DNA of 64,000 nt from Gammaproteobacteria bacterium (GCA_965240365.1 OZ251218.1:1594765-1658764); one strand, 5' to 3'; shown: positions 29,104 to 39,206, numbered from the stretch's first letter. Numbers and translations: made by a program. Notes: generated by a model from the sequence alone, not told the origin.

Positions 29104-30207
29104 TCAAAGCAGGCCGGCATAGACAGCCAGTGTCTTATCCAGCATGTTTTCAAGCGTGAATGGATTTTGCTCTTTTACCCGTGGCCGGGTTTTGTAAAAA
29201 GATTCAATCAGGGCGCCGGCATGACCGGTGTCCAGCGGCCGCGCGCGGCCCTCGGGAAACATCCTGCCGAGGACTTCGGCCGCGCCGCCATGGTCATAGG
29301 CGATAACCGGCACGCCCAGGCCCAGCGCCTCCAGCGCCGTGCGCCCGAACGCCTCCGGTGTCCGGGCCAGGGACAGGACGATATTCGAGACCGACATCAC
29401 CTCTTTTACATCACTGCAATGCCCCAGGAAGCTGATGTGCCGATCCAGTTGTGCGTCCCGGATTTTTGTCTTGAGTTCCCGCAGATAGGTCCTTTTTTTG
29501 CGGTCTGCCGCGCCCGCTATCAGGCCATGCGCATTCAGCCCCGCCTTGATGGCCCCGGCCACGATTTCGATAAAATCCTCATGCCCCTTCCAGCGCGTGA
29601 TCCTGGCCGGCAATGTCAGGATAAACTTGCCGTGAAGCTCGGGATGCGCGCGCGCCCACTGTTCCCGCCAGGCCCTGGCCGGCCGGTAGTTATAGGGATA
29701 TTTCTGCCGGCTGATACCGCGGTGAATGAGCGCGATTTTCTCCGCGCTGACGGCGGGATAGTTTTTCAAGATATAGTCCCTGATGTATTCCGAGATAGCG
29801 ATGACCTTTTCCCCCCGTGTCATTATCCTGCTGTAAGGATTAACGCTGTAGGGGCCATGCACGGTCGTAACAAAGGCCGGCCGGCGGCTGCCGGCCAGCC
29901 CGCGCCGGGCGAGCCAGGCGAGCCAGGCCGGCAGCCGCGAGCGGGCATGAATAATATCGACCCTTTGTTGCCGGAACAGCGCGGTTAATCTCGGGATCAG
30001 CCCGAGACTGCTCAATGATTTTCTGCCGACGGGCAACTCGATATGTTCACTGCCGGCCGCGGTCAGTTCGGGCGTCAGCCGCCCGCCCCCGGAAACCACC
30101 AGTGAGCGGTATTTGCGCCTGACAAGTTCGGCCGCGACCTCCAGCGTGCCGCGCTCGACCCCGCCGGCCTCAAGCGCGGGCAGTATCTGTAAAACGGTGG
30201 CTTGCAA
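29104..30207 (-). CDS. glycosyltransferase family 4
   Basis: GGVERGT, HARSRLPAW, RITRWKG and PEAFGR..LEA motifs. Confidence 0.92.
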   Translation of the reverse strand: MQATVLQILPALEAGGVERGTLEVAAELVRRKYRSLVVSGGGRLTPELTAAGSEHIELPVGRKSLSSLGLIPRLTALFRQQRVDIIHARSRLPAWLAWLARRGLAGSRRPAFVTTVHGPYSVNPYSRIMTRGEKVIAISEYIRDYILKNYPAVSAEKIALIHRGISRQKYPYNYRPARAWREQWARAHPELHGKFILTLPARITRWKGHEDFIEIVAGAIKAGLNAHGLIAGAADRKKRTYLRELKTKIRDAQLDRHISFLGHCSDVKEVMSVSNIVLSLARTPEAFGRTALEALGLGVPVIAYDHGGAAEVLGRMFPEGRARPLDTGHAGALIESFYKTRPRVKEQNPFTLENMLDKTLAVYAGLL

Positions 30208-30242
30208 GGTGGGTCCCGGGCGCTGAAAGAAACAGCAGAGGT

Positions 30243-30446
30243 TTATTTCTCAAGGATAAACTCGGTGCCGCAATAAGGGCATTTTTCCCGGCCGGACGCT
30301 TCAATGGGCAGATAGACGCGCGGATGTTGATTCCAGAGGCTCATTTCAGGCAACGGGCAGTGCAGCGGCAGGCGCGCGGACGTGATCTTGAACAGCGCTT
30401 CATTGCTGGTCCGGACTTCGGCGCGGTCTGGCTCGGTTTTGCGCAT
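30243..30446 (-). CDS. zf-CHCC zinc-finger domain protein
   Basis: LPLHCP....LWNQHPRVYL......CPYCGT motif. Confidence 0.88.
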   Translation of the reverse strand: MRKTEPDRAEVRTSNEALFKITSARLPLHCPLPEMSLWNQHPRVYLPIEASGREKCPYCGTEFILEK

Positions 30447-30457
30447 GGCCAATGCCA

Positions 30458-31378
30458 CTAAACAAGGCTCAGCCAGGCCCGGCAATGATCAAGCCGGCCG
30501 CTCACGCATTCAAAATACTGTTTTTGCAACTGTTCGGTGATCGGGCCGCGCCGGCCGTTGCCGATCCGGCGTCCGTCCAGTTCCCGGATCGGGGTCACTT
30601 CGGCCGCGGTGCCGGTAAAAAAGGCCTCATCGGCAACATACACCTCATCACGGGTCATGCGTTTTTCCTTGACGGCGAGGCCATGTTCAGCGGCGAAGCG
30701 GATGATCGTATCGCGGGTGATGCCTTCCAGCGCGGAACTCAGTTCGGGCGTGTAGAGCGTGTCGCGGCGCACGATAAAAATATTCTCGCCGCTGCCCTCG
30801 GCCACATAACCCTCATGATCCAGCAACAGGGCCTCGTCATAGCCCGCGTTCAATGCCTCCTGCAAGGCCAGCATGGAGTTCATGTAGTTGCCGTTGGCCT
30901 TGGCCTTGCACATGGTGATATTGACATGATGGCGGCTGAAGGAAGAGGTCTTGATGCGGATGCCGTTTTCCAGCCCTTCATGGCCCAGATAAGAACCCCA
31001 GGCCCAGGCGGCCACCATAACATGCGTCTTCAGATTGTCGGCGCGCAGCCCCATGCCCTCCGAGCCATAGAAACACATCGGCCGGATATAGGCGCTGTCC
31101 AGCCCGTTTTCCTTGACGGCCAGCAGGCAGGCCCGGTTTATCGTCTCCCTGTCAAACGGCATTGGCATATTCAGGATATGCGCCGAGCCGAACAGGCGAT
31201 CGGTATGATCCTCAAGCCGGAACAGCGCCGCGCCCTGTTCGGTTTTATAGGCGCGAATCCCCTCAAAAACACCCATGCCGTAGTGCAGGGTATGGGTCAG
31301 CACATGCGTTTTTGCCTCGCGCCAGGGCACGAACTCGCCATCCAGCCAGATAAGCCCGTCTCTGTCTTCCATATTCAT
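30458..31378 (-). CDS. ilvE: branched-chain amino acid aminotransferase
   Basis: LHYGMGVFEGIRAY, KANGNYMNS, EGSGEN, GITR and TGTAAEVTPI motifs. Confidence 0.96.
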   Translation of the reverse strand: MNMEDRDGLIWLDGEFVPWREAKTHVLTHTLHYGMGVFEGIRAYKTEQGAALFRLEDHTDRLFGSAHILNMPMPFDRETINRACLLAVKENGLDSAYIRPMCFYGSEGMGLRADNLKTHVMVAAWAWGSYLGHEGLENGIRIKTSSFSRHHVNITMCKAKANGNYMNSMLALQEALNAGYDEALLLDHEGYVAEGSGENIFIVRRDTLYTPELSSALEGITRDTIIRFAAEHGLAVKEKRMTRDEVYVADEAFFTGTAAEVTPIRELDGRRIGNGRRGPITEQLQKQYFECVSGRLDHCRAWLSLV

Positions 31379-31553
31379 TGTTGTGATTGCTCGTGTTTGA
31401 TTTGCGGTTTTGCAGGCAACGCTTATGGTAATGCGCCCGGCGCTCACAGGCAACGCCTGATTGCCGCGCAGCGCTGTTAAAAAAGCGCGAGATCGATCGG
31501 CCCGTCTCTGTTATTTTACCGCAAACCCGGTTTGAAGAAGGAGGCCCGCAATA

Positions 31554-31970
31554 ATGAAAACCTTAAGCCCGCCCGAGGCCGGCCGCTTGCTGGCAAGCGA
31601 TGAAAACGCCGTGCTGATCGATGTCAGGAGCACGCTGGAATACGAATACGTCGGCCATCCGCCGAACGCGCTGCATGTCCCGCTCAAGGAGCCGCCGGAG
31701 TGGGAGACGGCCCCCGGCTTCGTCGCCAGGGTCAGGGCCGCGCTGGGTCAACGCCCGGCAAACAATGCCGCGCCCAACGAAGCGCGGCCGCTGCTGTTAT
31801 TGTGCCGCAGCGGCCAACGCTCGGCGCTGGGCGCGGAGTTATTGCTTGAGGCCGGTTTCAGCGCGGTTTACAACATCCTGGAAGGCTTTGAGGGCGAGCG
31901 GGATGAAAACGGCCACAGGAGCACGAAAAATGGCTGGCGCTTTCATGGCCTGCCCTGGGAACAATCCTGA
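31554..31970 (+). CDS. rhodanese-like protein
   Basis: IDVRS..EY.YVGHP, LCRSGQRS and GWRFHGLPWEQ motifs. Confidence 0.92.
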   Translation: MKTLSPPEAGRLLASDENAVLIDVRSTLEYEYVGHPPNALHVPLKEPPEWETAPGFVARVRAALGQRPANNAAPNEARPLLLLCRSGQRSALGAELLLEAGFSAVYNILEGFEGERDENGHRSTKNGWRFHGLPWEQS

Positions 31971-32035
31971 AAAACCGGCGAAACTGTCAAGAGAGGCGAC
32001 AAGGTTCTATGTTTTTCCAGTTCCAGGAGCGCATA

Positions 32036-32929
32036 GTGAAACAATTTTTTAAGCGGCTCAAAACAGCGGGTCTCGGCGCGTTCCTGGCCGCGTTTGGCCC
32101 CGGCGGGCTGTTTATCCCGGCGGCGGTGGCCGCGCTGGAGCAGGCCGCGGCAAGCCGGGCGGCGCCGGCCATTGATATCGAGGCGGTGTACGCGGCCCAG
32201 GCCGGGCTGCTGGCGCGCGCGGCCGGGGCCCTGGCGGCGAATGATAAAACCCGCACGGAGCTGTACTTTCTGGGTTTTGCCGGCGACGCTGAAGAGGATG
32301 TGTTTCTGAACGAGGCGCGGGCCGCCAGGATGATCCTGGAAACAGGCTTTAATGTCTCCGGCCGGGCCTTGCTGCTGGTCAATAATGCGAAAACGCTGGA
32401 TCAATATCCGCTGGCGAATTATGCCAATCTGCGCCGGGCGCTCAGGCAAACGGCCCGGAAAATGGATGTCGCCAATGATGTGCTGTTTCTGTTTTTAACC
32501 TCGCACGGCACGGAAGAACACGCGCTCTCTGCCAACTTTCCGGGGTTCGGCTTAAAAGACATCGGCGCCGCGGCGCTCGCGGACGCCATTGCCGAGGCCG
32601 GGATCAAGTGGAAGATCGTGGTGGTGTCGGCCTGTTATTCGGGCGGCTTTATCAAACCGCTGGCCGACCCCTATACGCTGGTGATCACCTCGGCCCGCGC
32701 CGACCGTCCCTCCTTCGGTTGCGGCCATGACGGCCCGTACACCTACTTTGGCCGGGCCTATTTTGAAGACAGCCTAAAACAGGGCTATTTTTTTATCCGC
32801 GCCTTTGAGCATGCCAGGGCGCTGGTGAAGGCGCGTGAAAAGCGGGCCGGATTTATCAATTCCAGGCCGCAACTCAGTCTGGGCGCGAAGATGAAGCGCA
32901 AACTGGCCGAACTGCGGGCCGGGTCGTAG
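32036..32929 (+). CDS. C13 family peptidase
   Basis: LFLTSHG, VSACYSGGF and SFGC motifs; start uncertain. Confidence 0.85.
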   Translation: MKQFFKRLKTAGLGAFLAAFGPGGLFIPAAVAALEQAAASRAAPAIDIEAVYAAQAGLLARAAGALAANDKTRTELYFLGFAGDAEEDVFLNEARAARMILETGFNVSGRALLLVNNAKTLDQYPLANYANLRRALRQTARKMDVANDVLFLFLTSHGTEEHALSANFPGFGLKDIGAAALADAIAEAGIKWKIVVVSACYSGGFIKPLADPYTLVITSARADRPSFGCGHDGPYTYFGRAYFEDSLKQGYFFIRAFEHARALVKAREKRAGFINSRPQLSLGAKMKRKLAELRAGS

Positions 32930-32953
32930 CCGGGCCGCCAACATTGAAGCCGA

Positions 32954-33703
32954 TCAGGCTTGTTCGTCGGTTTCCTCTTCGCCGTCCCCGGCCGGGGCGG
33001 TTGCCAGGTATCTGCTGATCAGCAGGCCGCTTTCAAACAACAGCCAGATGGGAACGGCCAGCAATACCTGCGATATGATGTCGGGCGGGGTCAGCAACAT
33101 CCCGGCCACAAAGGCGGCCAGGATGATATAGGGCCGGTTCCGCGCGAGTTGTTCGGCCCTGACCAGGCCGGAGCGGACCAGCAGAAAGGTCGCGATCGGG
33201 ATCTCGAATGAAATGCCGAAGGCAAAAAACAGTTTAAGGATAAAATTCAGATAATGATTGATGTCGGTCATGATGCGGATGCCCGCCGGCGCCGTGCTCG
33301 TTAAAAAGGCAAACAGCAGCGGAAACACCACAAAATAGGCAAACAGGATGCCGATATAAAACAGCGCGATGCTGCTCAGCAATAGTGGAAAGGCCAGTTT
33401 TTTTTCATTTTCGTAAAGTCCGGGCGCGATAAAGCCCCAGATCTGGTAGAGCACATAAGGCGCGGCCAGAAACACGGCCGCGAACAGGGTCAGCTTGAAG
33501 GGCGCGAAAAAAGGCGAGGCCACCTCGGTGGCGATCATGCTGCTGTTCTCGGGCAGTTTGGCGATCAGGGGGGTGGCGATAAATTCATAGATGGTATTGG
33601 CAAAGGGCAACAGCAGGACAAACAGCAGCAGGACAAACACCAGCGCCTTCAACAACGCGCCGCGCAATTCGACCAGATGATCAATCAGCGGCTGTTCCTT
33701 CAT
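32954..33703 (-). CDS. tatC: Tat translocase subunit C
   Basis: PLIDHLVELR, FIAPGLY, FEIP and LTPPD motifs. Confidence 0.96.
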   Translation of the reverse strand: MKEQPLIDHLVELRGALLKALVFVLLLFVLLLPFANTIYEFIATPLIAKLPENSSMIATEVASPFFAPFKLTLFAAVFLAAPYVLYQIWGFIAPGLYENEKKLAFPLLLSSIALFYIGILFAYFVVFPLLFAFLTSTAPAGIRIMTDINHYLNFILKLFFAFGISFEIPIATFLLVRSGLVRAEQLARNRPYIILAAFVAGMLLTPPDIISQVLLAVPIWLLFESGLLISRYLATAPAGDGEEETDEQA

Positions 33704-34038
33704 TTGCCGCTGGTCTTTGGCTTTGATTCATCCGGTTTTTGGGGCGGGGCGGGCGCTTTGGGCGTATCGGCCTCGGCGCTGGTCCCGGTTTCACGCAGAA
33801 AGCGGTCGGGCGCCTCCTTCATCAGCCGGTCGAGTTGCCGGATATCATCGTTCAGGTGGTCGATTCGATCCAGTTCAAGCTCTTTTTCAAGCTCGCGCTT
33901 GGTGGATTGAACGAAGCTGCGGATTTTCCTGACCAGACGCCCGGCATCGCGCGCAAAGCCGGGCAGTTTTTCCGGACCGATGATCAACAGCGCGATGATG
34001 GCTATGGCAACCAGTTCCCAGAAGCCTATATCAAACAT
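33700..34038 (-). CDS. tatB: Tat translocase subunit B
   Basis: MFDIGFWEL...GPEKLP motif. Confidence 0.95.
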   Translation of the reverse strand: MFDIGFWELVAIAIIALLIIGPEKLPGFARDAGRLVRKIRSFVQSTKRELEKELELDRIDHLNDDIRQLDRLMKEAPDRFLRETGTSAEADTPKAPAPPQKPDESKPKTSGK

Positions 34039-34057
34039 GGCCGGTCTTGCCCCGGCC

Positions 34058-34294
34058 CTAGTCTTTGGGCGGGCTGTCGGGGCTGGATTGAACTTCGCCC
34101 TCGATCACATTGCCCGGTCGCGCGCTCCCGGTTTCATCGTTTAAGGGCTTTTTCCCTTCCGGTTCGCTGACCGCATTTTTGAAACTTTTAACGGCGCTGC
34201 CAAGGTCGCCCCCCATATTACGCAATTTCTTGGTGCCAAACAGCAGGGCGACAATTAACAGCAGAATGAGCAGTTCAGATACGCCAAAACCCAT
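34058..34294 (-). CDS. tatA: Tat translocase subunit A
   Basis: [22 protein letters not shown] motif. Confidence 0.95.
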   Translation of the reverse strand: MGFGVSELLILLLIVALLFGTKKLRNMGGDLGSAVKSFKNAVSEPEGKKPLNDETGSARPGNVIEGEVQSSPDSPPKD

Positions 34295-34367
34295 GATTTA
34301 GTCTCCATAGAGTGGATCGGTGTTTAATGATAATCGACCCTAGCCTTTAATGATAGCCGCGATAACC

Positions 34368-34688
34368 TCAATGCCCGCGGCGGGCCTTTTCCTCTAGGCC
34401 GGACAGGCCGAAGCGTCGCGCCAGTTCGGTCAGCACCGGCCCGGCGTCAAGCCCCTGAAATTTGAGCAGCACCAGGGTATGAAACCAGAGGTCGGCGATC
34501 TCACGCACCAGCGCCTCATCGTCGCCGGACTTGGCGGCGATAATCGTCTCGGTCGCCTCTTCTCCAATTTTTTGCAGGATGCTGTCGGGGCCGGAGCGGA
34601 ATAATCCGGCCGTGTAGGACTCGCCCGGGTCGGCCTGTTTGCGCTGTTCCAGGGTCTCGCAGAGTTTATGCAGGATATCGGCCGTCAT
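34368..34688 (-). CDS. hisE: phosphoribosyl-ATP diphosphatase
   Basis: [21 protein letters not shown] and GLSGLEEKA motifs. Confidence 0.95.
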   Translation of the reverse strand: MTADILHKLCETLEQRKQADPGESYTAGLFRSGPDSILQKIGEEATETIIAAKSGDDEALVREIADLWFHTLVLLKFQGLDAGPVLTELARRFGLSGLEEKARRGH

Positions 34689-34697
34689 GTTTCGGCC

Positions 34698-35360
34698 TTA
34701 GATCCTGAAGCCGCCATGTCGGCGCCGGTTCAGCCAGTCCAGCAGATACGCCCCGGCCAGCATGCCGAGGATCAGCATGATAAAAGCGATTATCGCCAGT
34801 GTTTTCCAGTTCGTCAGACCGGTCTGTCCGTCCCCGGCGCCCGCGGCCGGCCCTTGCCCGGCAATAACGGCCGCGCGTTTTTCGGCCGCGGCGATACGGC
34901 TTTTCAGTTCGGTCATCCGGGCAGTGAGTTCGCCCACCTTCAGGCGCTCCGAGTTCAGCCGTTCGGCCAGTTGCCGGTCGGCGTCCGGGTTGGCGCCGGC
35001 GCCGCCGGTTTTGCCCGCGTTTTCAGAGCGCAGCCTGGCAATCTCCGCCCGCAGTCCCTGTGCTTCAGTTTCCAGTTCGCGCACCCGCGCGCGGCCGGGT
35101 TTTTCCGCAACCAGATACTTGCCGTCAATCCAGCCGCTCGGGCCGCCCGCGGCCTGCACGCGCGCCATTTTGCCGTTGCGCGCCATCACGGTCAGGGCCG
35201 TCCCGCTCGGCGCCAGGCCGATGATCGGGCTGTTAATATCGGCTTCACGGTGCAGCCCGATGTTGACCATGTCGGTAACAAACAGGGTTTCGGCCCGGAC
35301 AAGGCCAGCTAGGGCCAACAGCAGAAGCCCCGCGCACCTCGTTAAAGCCCCTGGCGACAT
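34698..35360 (-). CDS. SH3 domain-containing membrane-anchored protein (YgiM/TIGR04211-like)
   Basis: Signal peptide, SH3b-like region (FVTD...GW...YL), coiled coil and C-terminal TM. Confidence 0.75.
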   Translation of the reverse strand: MSPGALTRCAGLLLLALAGLVRAETLFVTDMVNIGLHREADINSPIIGLAPSGTALTVMARNGKMARVQAAGGPSGWIDGKYLVAEKPGRARVRELETEAQGLRAEIARLRSENAGKTGGAGANPDADRQLAERLNSERLKVGELTARMTELKSRIAAAEKRAAVIAGQGPAAGAGDGQTGLTNWKTLAIIAFIMLILGMLAGAYLLDWLNRRRHGGFRI

Positions 35361-35362
35361 GG

Positions 35363-37402
35363 TCAGGCCGCTATCCCGGAATGACGCAGCAAGGGCTCAA
35401 TGCTGGGTTTTCTGCCGCGGAATTCGACAAAAAGTTCCAGCGGCTCGCGGCTGCCGCCCTGTTCCAGTATGGTTTGCAAAAATGCCCTGCCGCTGGCCGC
35501 GTCAAAGATGCCGTTTTCCTCAAATCTGGAAAAGGCGTCGGCCGATAATACCTCGGCCCATTTATAGCTGTAATACCCGGCCGCGTAACCGCCCGCAAAG
35601 ATATGCGAGAAGCTGTGCTGAAAGCGGTTAAACGGCGGCGGCTTGACCACGGCCACCTCGCGCCTGACCTCATCCAGCAGGTCTTGTATATTCAGGTTTT
35701 CATCATGGGCGAATTCCAGGTGCAGGCGAAAATCGAAGATCGCAAATTCCAGTTGCCTGAGCATCTGCATGCCGGCCTGAAAGCCCCTGGCCCGCGTCAT
35801 TTTTTCATGCAGCGCGGCGCTCAAGGGCTCGCCGCTGTCGATATGCCGGGCAAACAGCGCCAGCGCCTCTTTTTCCCAGCACCAGTTTTCCATGAATTGG
35901 CTGGGCAATTCGACCGCGTCCCAGGGCACGCCATTGATGCCGGCCACGCCGCTGTAGTCCACCCGGGTCAGCATATGATGCAGGCCATGACCGAATTCAT
36001 GGAACAGCGTGGTGACTTCATCGTGGGTCAAGAGCGCCGGTTTGTCTGCCACCGGCGGGGTGAAGTTGCAGGTCAGATAGGCGACTGGATTCTGGATCCC
36101 GCCGCCGGATTTTTTGCGGACGATGCACTCATCCATCCAGGCGCCGCCCCTTTTGTCCGGGCGCGCGTACAGGTCCAGGTAAAAACCGCCCCTGGGCCTG
36201 CCGTCCGGCACCAGGATGTCGAAAAACAGCACATCCTTATGCCAGGTCTCGACCCCCGCGCGCGGCTTGATCCTGACGCCATACAGTTTTTCGGTGATGG
36301 CGAATAATCCCTCGATAACCCGGCCGGCCGCGAAATAGGGCCTGAGCATTTCCTGCGAAACGGCAAATTTTTCCTGGCGCAGTTTTTCGGAATAGTAGGC
36401 AATATCCCATGCCTGAAGCGTTTTGATGTTGGCCGTTCTGGCGGCAAATTCGGCCAGTTCGTCGAATTCCCGTTGCGCCTGTGCGCGGCTCTTTGCGGCC
36501 AGATCGTTCAAAAAGCGCATGACCTCGGCCGGCTCTTTGGCCATCTTTGTCGCCAGCGAATAATGCGCGTAGCTTTCAAAGCCGAGCAAGCTGGCCTTTT
36601 CAGTGCGGAGCTTGAGGAGCGCATACATGCCGGCGCTATTGTCCCAGTGGCCGGCGTGGGGGCCCTGGTCAGAGGCGCGCGTCACATAGGCCTGATACAT
36701 TTCCCGCCTTAACTCCGCGTTGTCGGCATACTGCATGACCGGCAGATAGCACGGAAAGTCCAGGGTCAGCAACCAGCCCGTTTGGCCTTCCCTTGCGGCG
36801 GCCTCGGCCGCGAGCGCCAGCGCGGATTCCGGCAAACCGGCCAGTTCGGCCGCGGCCGGGACGGATTTTTTCCAGGCCCGGGTCGCATCCAGCAGGTTTT
36901 CCTCAAACCGGGTTTGCAGCCTGGACAATTCCTGCTGGATGGCCTTGTAGCGGGCCTGGTCCGCGGCCCCGAGAGCCACGCCCGACAGGCGGAAGTCGCG
37001 CAGGGCATTATTGATGATCTTTTGCTGGGCGGCGCTCAATGAGGCAAAGGCGGCGCTGTCCGCGATCTCGCGGTAGGCGTGAAACAGCGCCTCATTCTGT
37101 CCCATCTCGCTGGCATAGTCGGACAGTTTCGGCAGGCAGGCGCTGTAGGCCTCGCGCAATGCCTCGTTGTCGGCGACCGAATGCAAATGGCGGGCCGGCG
37201 ACCAGGCCCGATCCAGCCGCTCGTCCATATCTTCCAGCGGCTGTATAAAATTATCCCAGTCGCGGGCGCCGGTATTTGCCAGCAGCGCATTCACGCTCGC
37301 GCGGTTCTCGGCCAGACGTTGATCAATGGCGGGCTCGATATGAGCGGCCTGAATGGAGGCGAAGCGGGGCAGGCCCGCGTGGTCCAGGAGTGGATTGTTC
37401 AT
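35363..37402 (-). CDS. prlC: oligopeptidase A (M3 family)
   Basis: NPLL, KRGGAWM, FHEFGHGLHH, VELPSQFMENW and YAAGYYSYKWAE motifs. Confidence 0.96.
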   Translation of the reverse strand: MNNPLLDHAGLPRFASIQAAHIEPAIDQRLAENRASVNALLANTGARDWDNFIQPLEDMDERLDRAWSPARHLHSVADNEALREAYSACLPKLSDYASEMGQNEALFHAYREIADSAAFASLSAAQQKIINNALRDFRLSGVALGAADQARYKAIQQELSRLQTRFEENLLDATRAWKKSVPAAAELAGLPESALALAAEAAAREGQTGWLLTLDFPCYLPVMQYADNAELRREMYQAYVTRASDQGPHAGHWDNSAGMYALLKLRTEKASLLGFESYAHYSLATKMAKEPAEVMRFLNDLAAKSRAQAQREFDELAEFAARTANIKTLQAWDIAYYSEKLRQEKFAVSQEMLRPYFAAGRVIEGLFAITEKLYGVRIKPRAGVETWHKDVLFFDILVPDGRPRGGFYLDLYARPDKRGGAWMDECIVRKKSGGGIQNPVAYLTCNFTPPVADKPALLTHDEVTTLFHEFGHGLHHMLTRVDYSGVAGINGVPWDAVELPSQFMENWCWEKEALALFARHIDSGEPLSAALHEKMTRARGFQAGMQMLRQLEFAIFDFRLHLEFAHDENLNIQDLLDEVRREVAVVKPPPFNRFQHSFSHIFAGGYAAGYYSYKWAEVLSADAFSRFEENGIFDAASGRAFLQTILEQGGSREPLELFVEFRGRKPSIEPLLRHSGIAA

Positions 37403-37642
37403 AAACGGTCTCGATATGGCTTCGGGTTAATATTTAGTCAGAATTTTCCTGATCAGACCGGCCGGGCCGCGACCAGTCGGATACTACGGAATGATATTCG
37501 ATCGCGGCGCAGCTTGCCACCAGCAGATTCAAAGGGCACAGGCCGGGCCTTGTCCTGCTTCTGTCCGCCGGTTTGGATCAGGCCGCAAGGCATCGACAAC
37601 TAAGCTGGCAATCTAACATAAACAATAATAATTTTTATTTAA

Positions 37643-37687
37643 AATCAATAACTTAGCGCTTGACAGGCGGATTTTATGGCCTATTAT
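37643..37687 (+). promoter_or_regulatory. sigma70 promoter with adjacent IHF-consensus site for the bfr genes
   Basis: AATCAATAACTTA (WATCAANNNNTTR) followed by TTGACA-16-TATTAT. Confidence 0.55.
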
Positions 37688-37720
37688 TCCTGTCAGTTTC
37701 GTTTTGGAGCAGGGCGCAAA

Positions 37721-38185
37721 ATGCAGGGCAATAAAAAAGTCATCCGGGGACTGAACGGGGTCCTCAAAAACCAGTTGACGGCAGTCAATCAATATTTTTT
37801 ACATGCGCGGATATATAAAAATTTCGGTTTTGGCGGGCTTGATGAACACGCCTACCGGCAATCTATAAGCCGCATGAAGCAGGCCGACCGGCTCATTGAA
37901 CGTATCCTGCTGCTTGAGGGCCTGCCCAACCTGCAGGATTTGGGCGCGTTAACGGTGGGCGAAGATCTGGAGGAAATGCTGAATGCGGACCTGAAACTGG
38001 AATCGGCGGCGGTCGCCTTTCTAAAGGAGGTGATCGGCCTGTGCGAGGCCGGGCAGGATTATGTGAGCCGGGATCTGCTCGCGGCGGCGCTTGCGGATCA
38101 GGAGGAATATGTTGACTGGCTGGAGACGCAGTTTGCGCTGATCAGCCGGATCGGCATGGACAATTACCTGCAATCCAGGATCTAG
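37721..38185 (+). CDS. bfr: bacterioferritin, heme-binding subunit with degenerate ferroxidase centre
   Basis: NQYFLHAR, IERILLLEGLPNLQ and DYVSRDLL motifs; Met52 present, with Q18/R51/Q54/Q127/Y130 at ligand positions. Confidence 0.9.
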   Translation: MQGNKKVIRGLNGVLKNQLTAVNQYFLHARIYKNFGFGGLDEHAYRQSISRMKQADRLIERILLLEGLPNLQDLGALTVGEDLEEMLNADLKLESAAVAFLKEVIGLCEAGQDYVSRDLLAAALADQEEYVDWLETQFALISRIGMDNYLQSRI

Positions 38186-38486
38186 GGCCTGTTTACACTA
38201 TGTTGGCCGTCCTGCTTGAGTCTGTTTTGCGCGCCAGCAAGGCGGAAGAAGCGCAGTGTAGTTGCGCTACTCAAGCGACTGACCTGCCTGCAGCAGGCAG
38301 GCAACGAAGCTGGGGCGCAAAACAGGCCAAGCCCTTCGGGTTGTGCCCCAAACTGCGCCACTCGGCGTTGCTTGCCTGCCTGCTGCAGGCAGGTCGCTCA
38401 TTTGGAATGACCAAATTTCGCTCCGCGCGCCTTGATTGGCGCAGTTTGGGGCACAACGGGACGGCCAACATAGTGTAAACAGGCCC
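38185..38486. mobile_element. MITE (302 bp), copy 2
   Basis: Reverse complement of 23999-24281 plus one extra 19-bp insert; begins in the TAG stop of the first bfr. Confidence 0.9.
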
Positions 38487-38553
38487 TGGTCCCGGCCCCG
38501 CGCCGGGCTTGACGAAGCAGACATTACCAACCCTTAAAACACAGGAAAATACG

Positions 38554-39021
38554 ATGAAAGGTCATAAAGAAGTTATTGAACATCTCAACAGGAATCTCGC
38601 CAATGAACTGACGGCGATGGATCAGTATTTTATTCACTCAAGGATGTATGAAGACTGGGGTCTGACTCAACTCTATGAGCGCATTGCTCATGAGATGGAG
38701 GATGAAACCGGGCACGCGGACAAGATCATAAAGCGGATCCTGTTTCTGGAAGGCATGCCCGATCTGGTGACGCGCTCGGAACTCAGGATCGGGCGCAATG
38801 TGCCTGATATGCTCAGAAATGATCTGGAGCTTGAAATAAAGGTGATCGATGATCTAAAGGCGGCGATGAAATGCTGCGAGTCGGTACAGGATTATCAAAC
38901 CCGGGAGATCCTGCAGGCGTTGCTGACCGAGACAGAGGAAGATCACGCCCACTGGCTGGAACAGCAGCTTGGCCTCATAGAAAAAACGGGCTTGCAGAAT
39001 TATTTACAGGCCCGGATGTAG
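38554..39021 (+). CDS. bfr: bacterioferritin/FtnA-like ferroxidase subunit lacking the heme Met
   Basis: E18, E51, H54 and EEDH intact; Thr at position 52 and Met48. Confidence 0.9.
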   Translation: MKGHKEVIEHLNRNLANELTAMDQYFIHSRMYEDWGLTQLYERIAHEMEDETGHADKIIKRILFLEGMPDLVTRSELRIGRNVPDMLRNDLELEIKVIDDLKAAMKCCESVQDYQTREILQALLTETEEDHAHWLEQQLGLIEKTGLQNYLQARM

Positions 39022-39206
39022 GCCATTAAACGGCCCTGGAAAGCGGGCGGCAAGGCCGGGGCCGCTTGCTGCGGCCAGGGGAACGTTGAACAAGTCCAGC
39101 CTGAATGCTCGGCCTTCCACAGGCGGGCGTAGCAGGCGGTAATAAGGGCGGCATACCGGCCAACCCGGAAAAGATCGGAATTCATTAATTCCTCTCTTGC
39201 CCCGTT

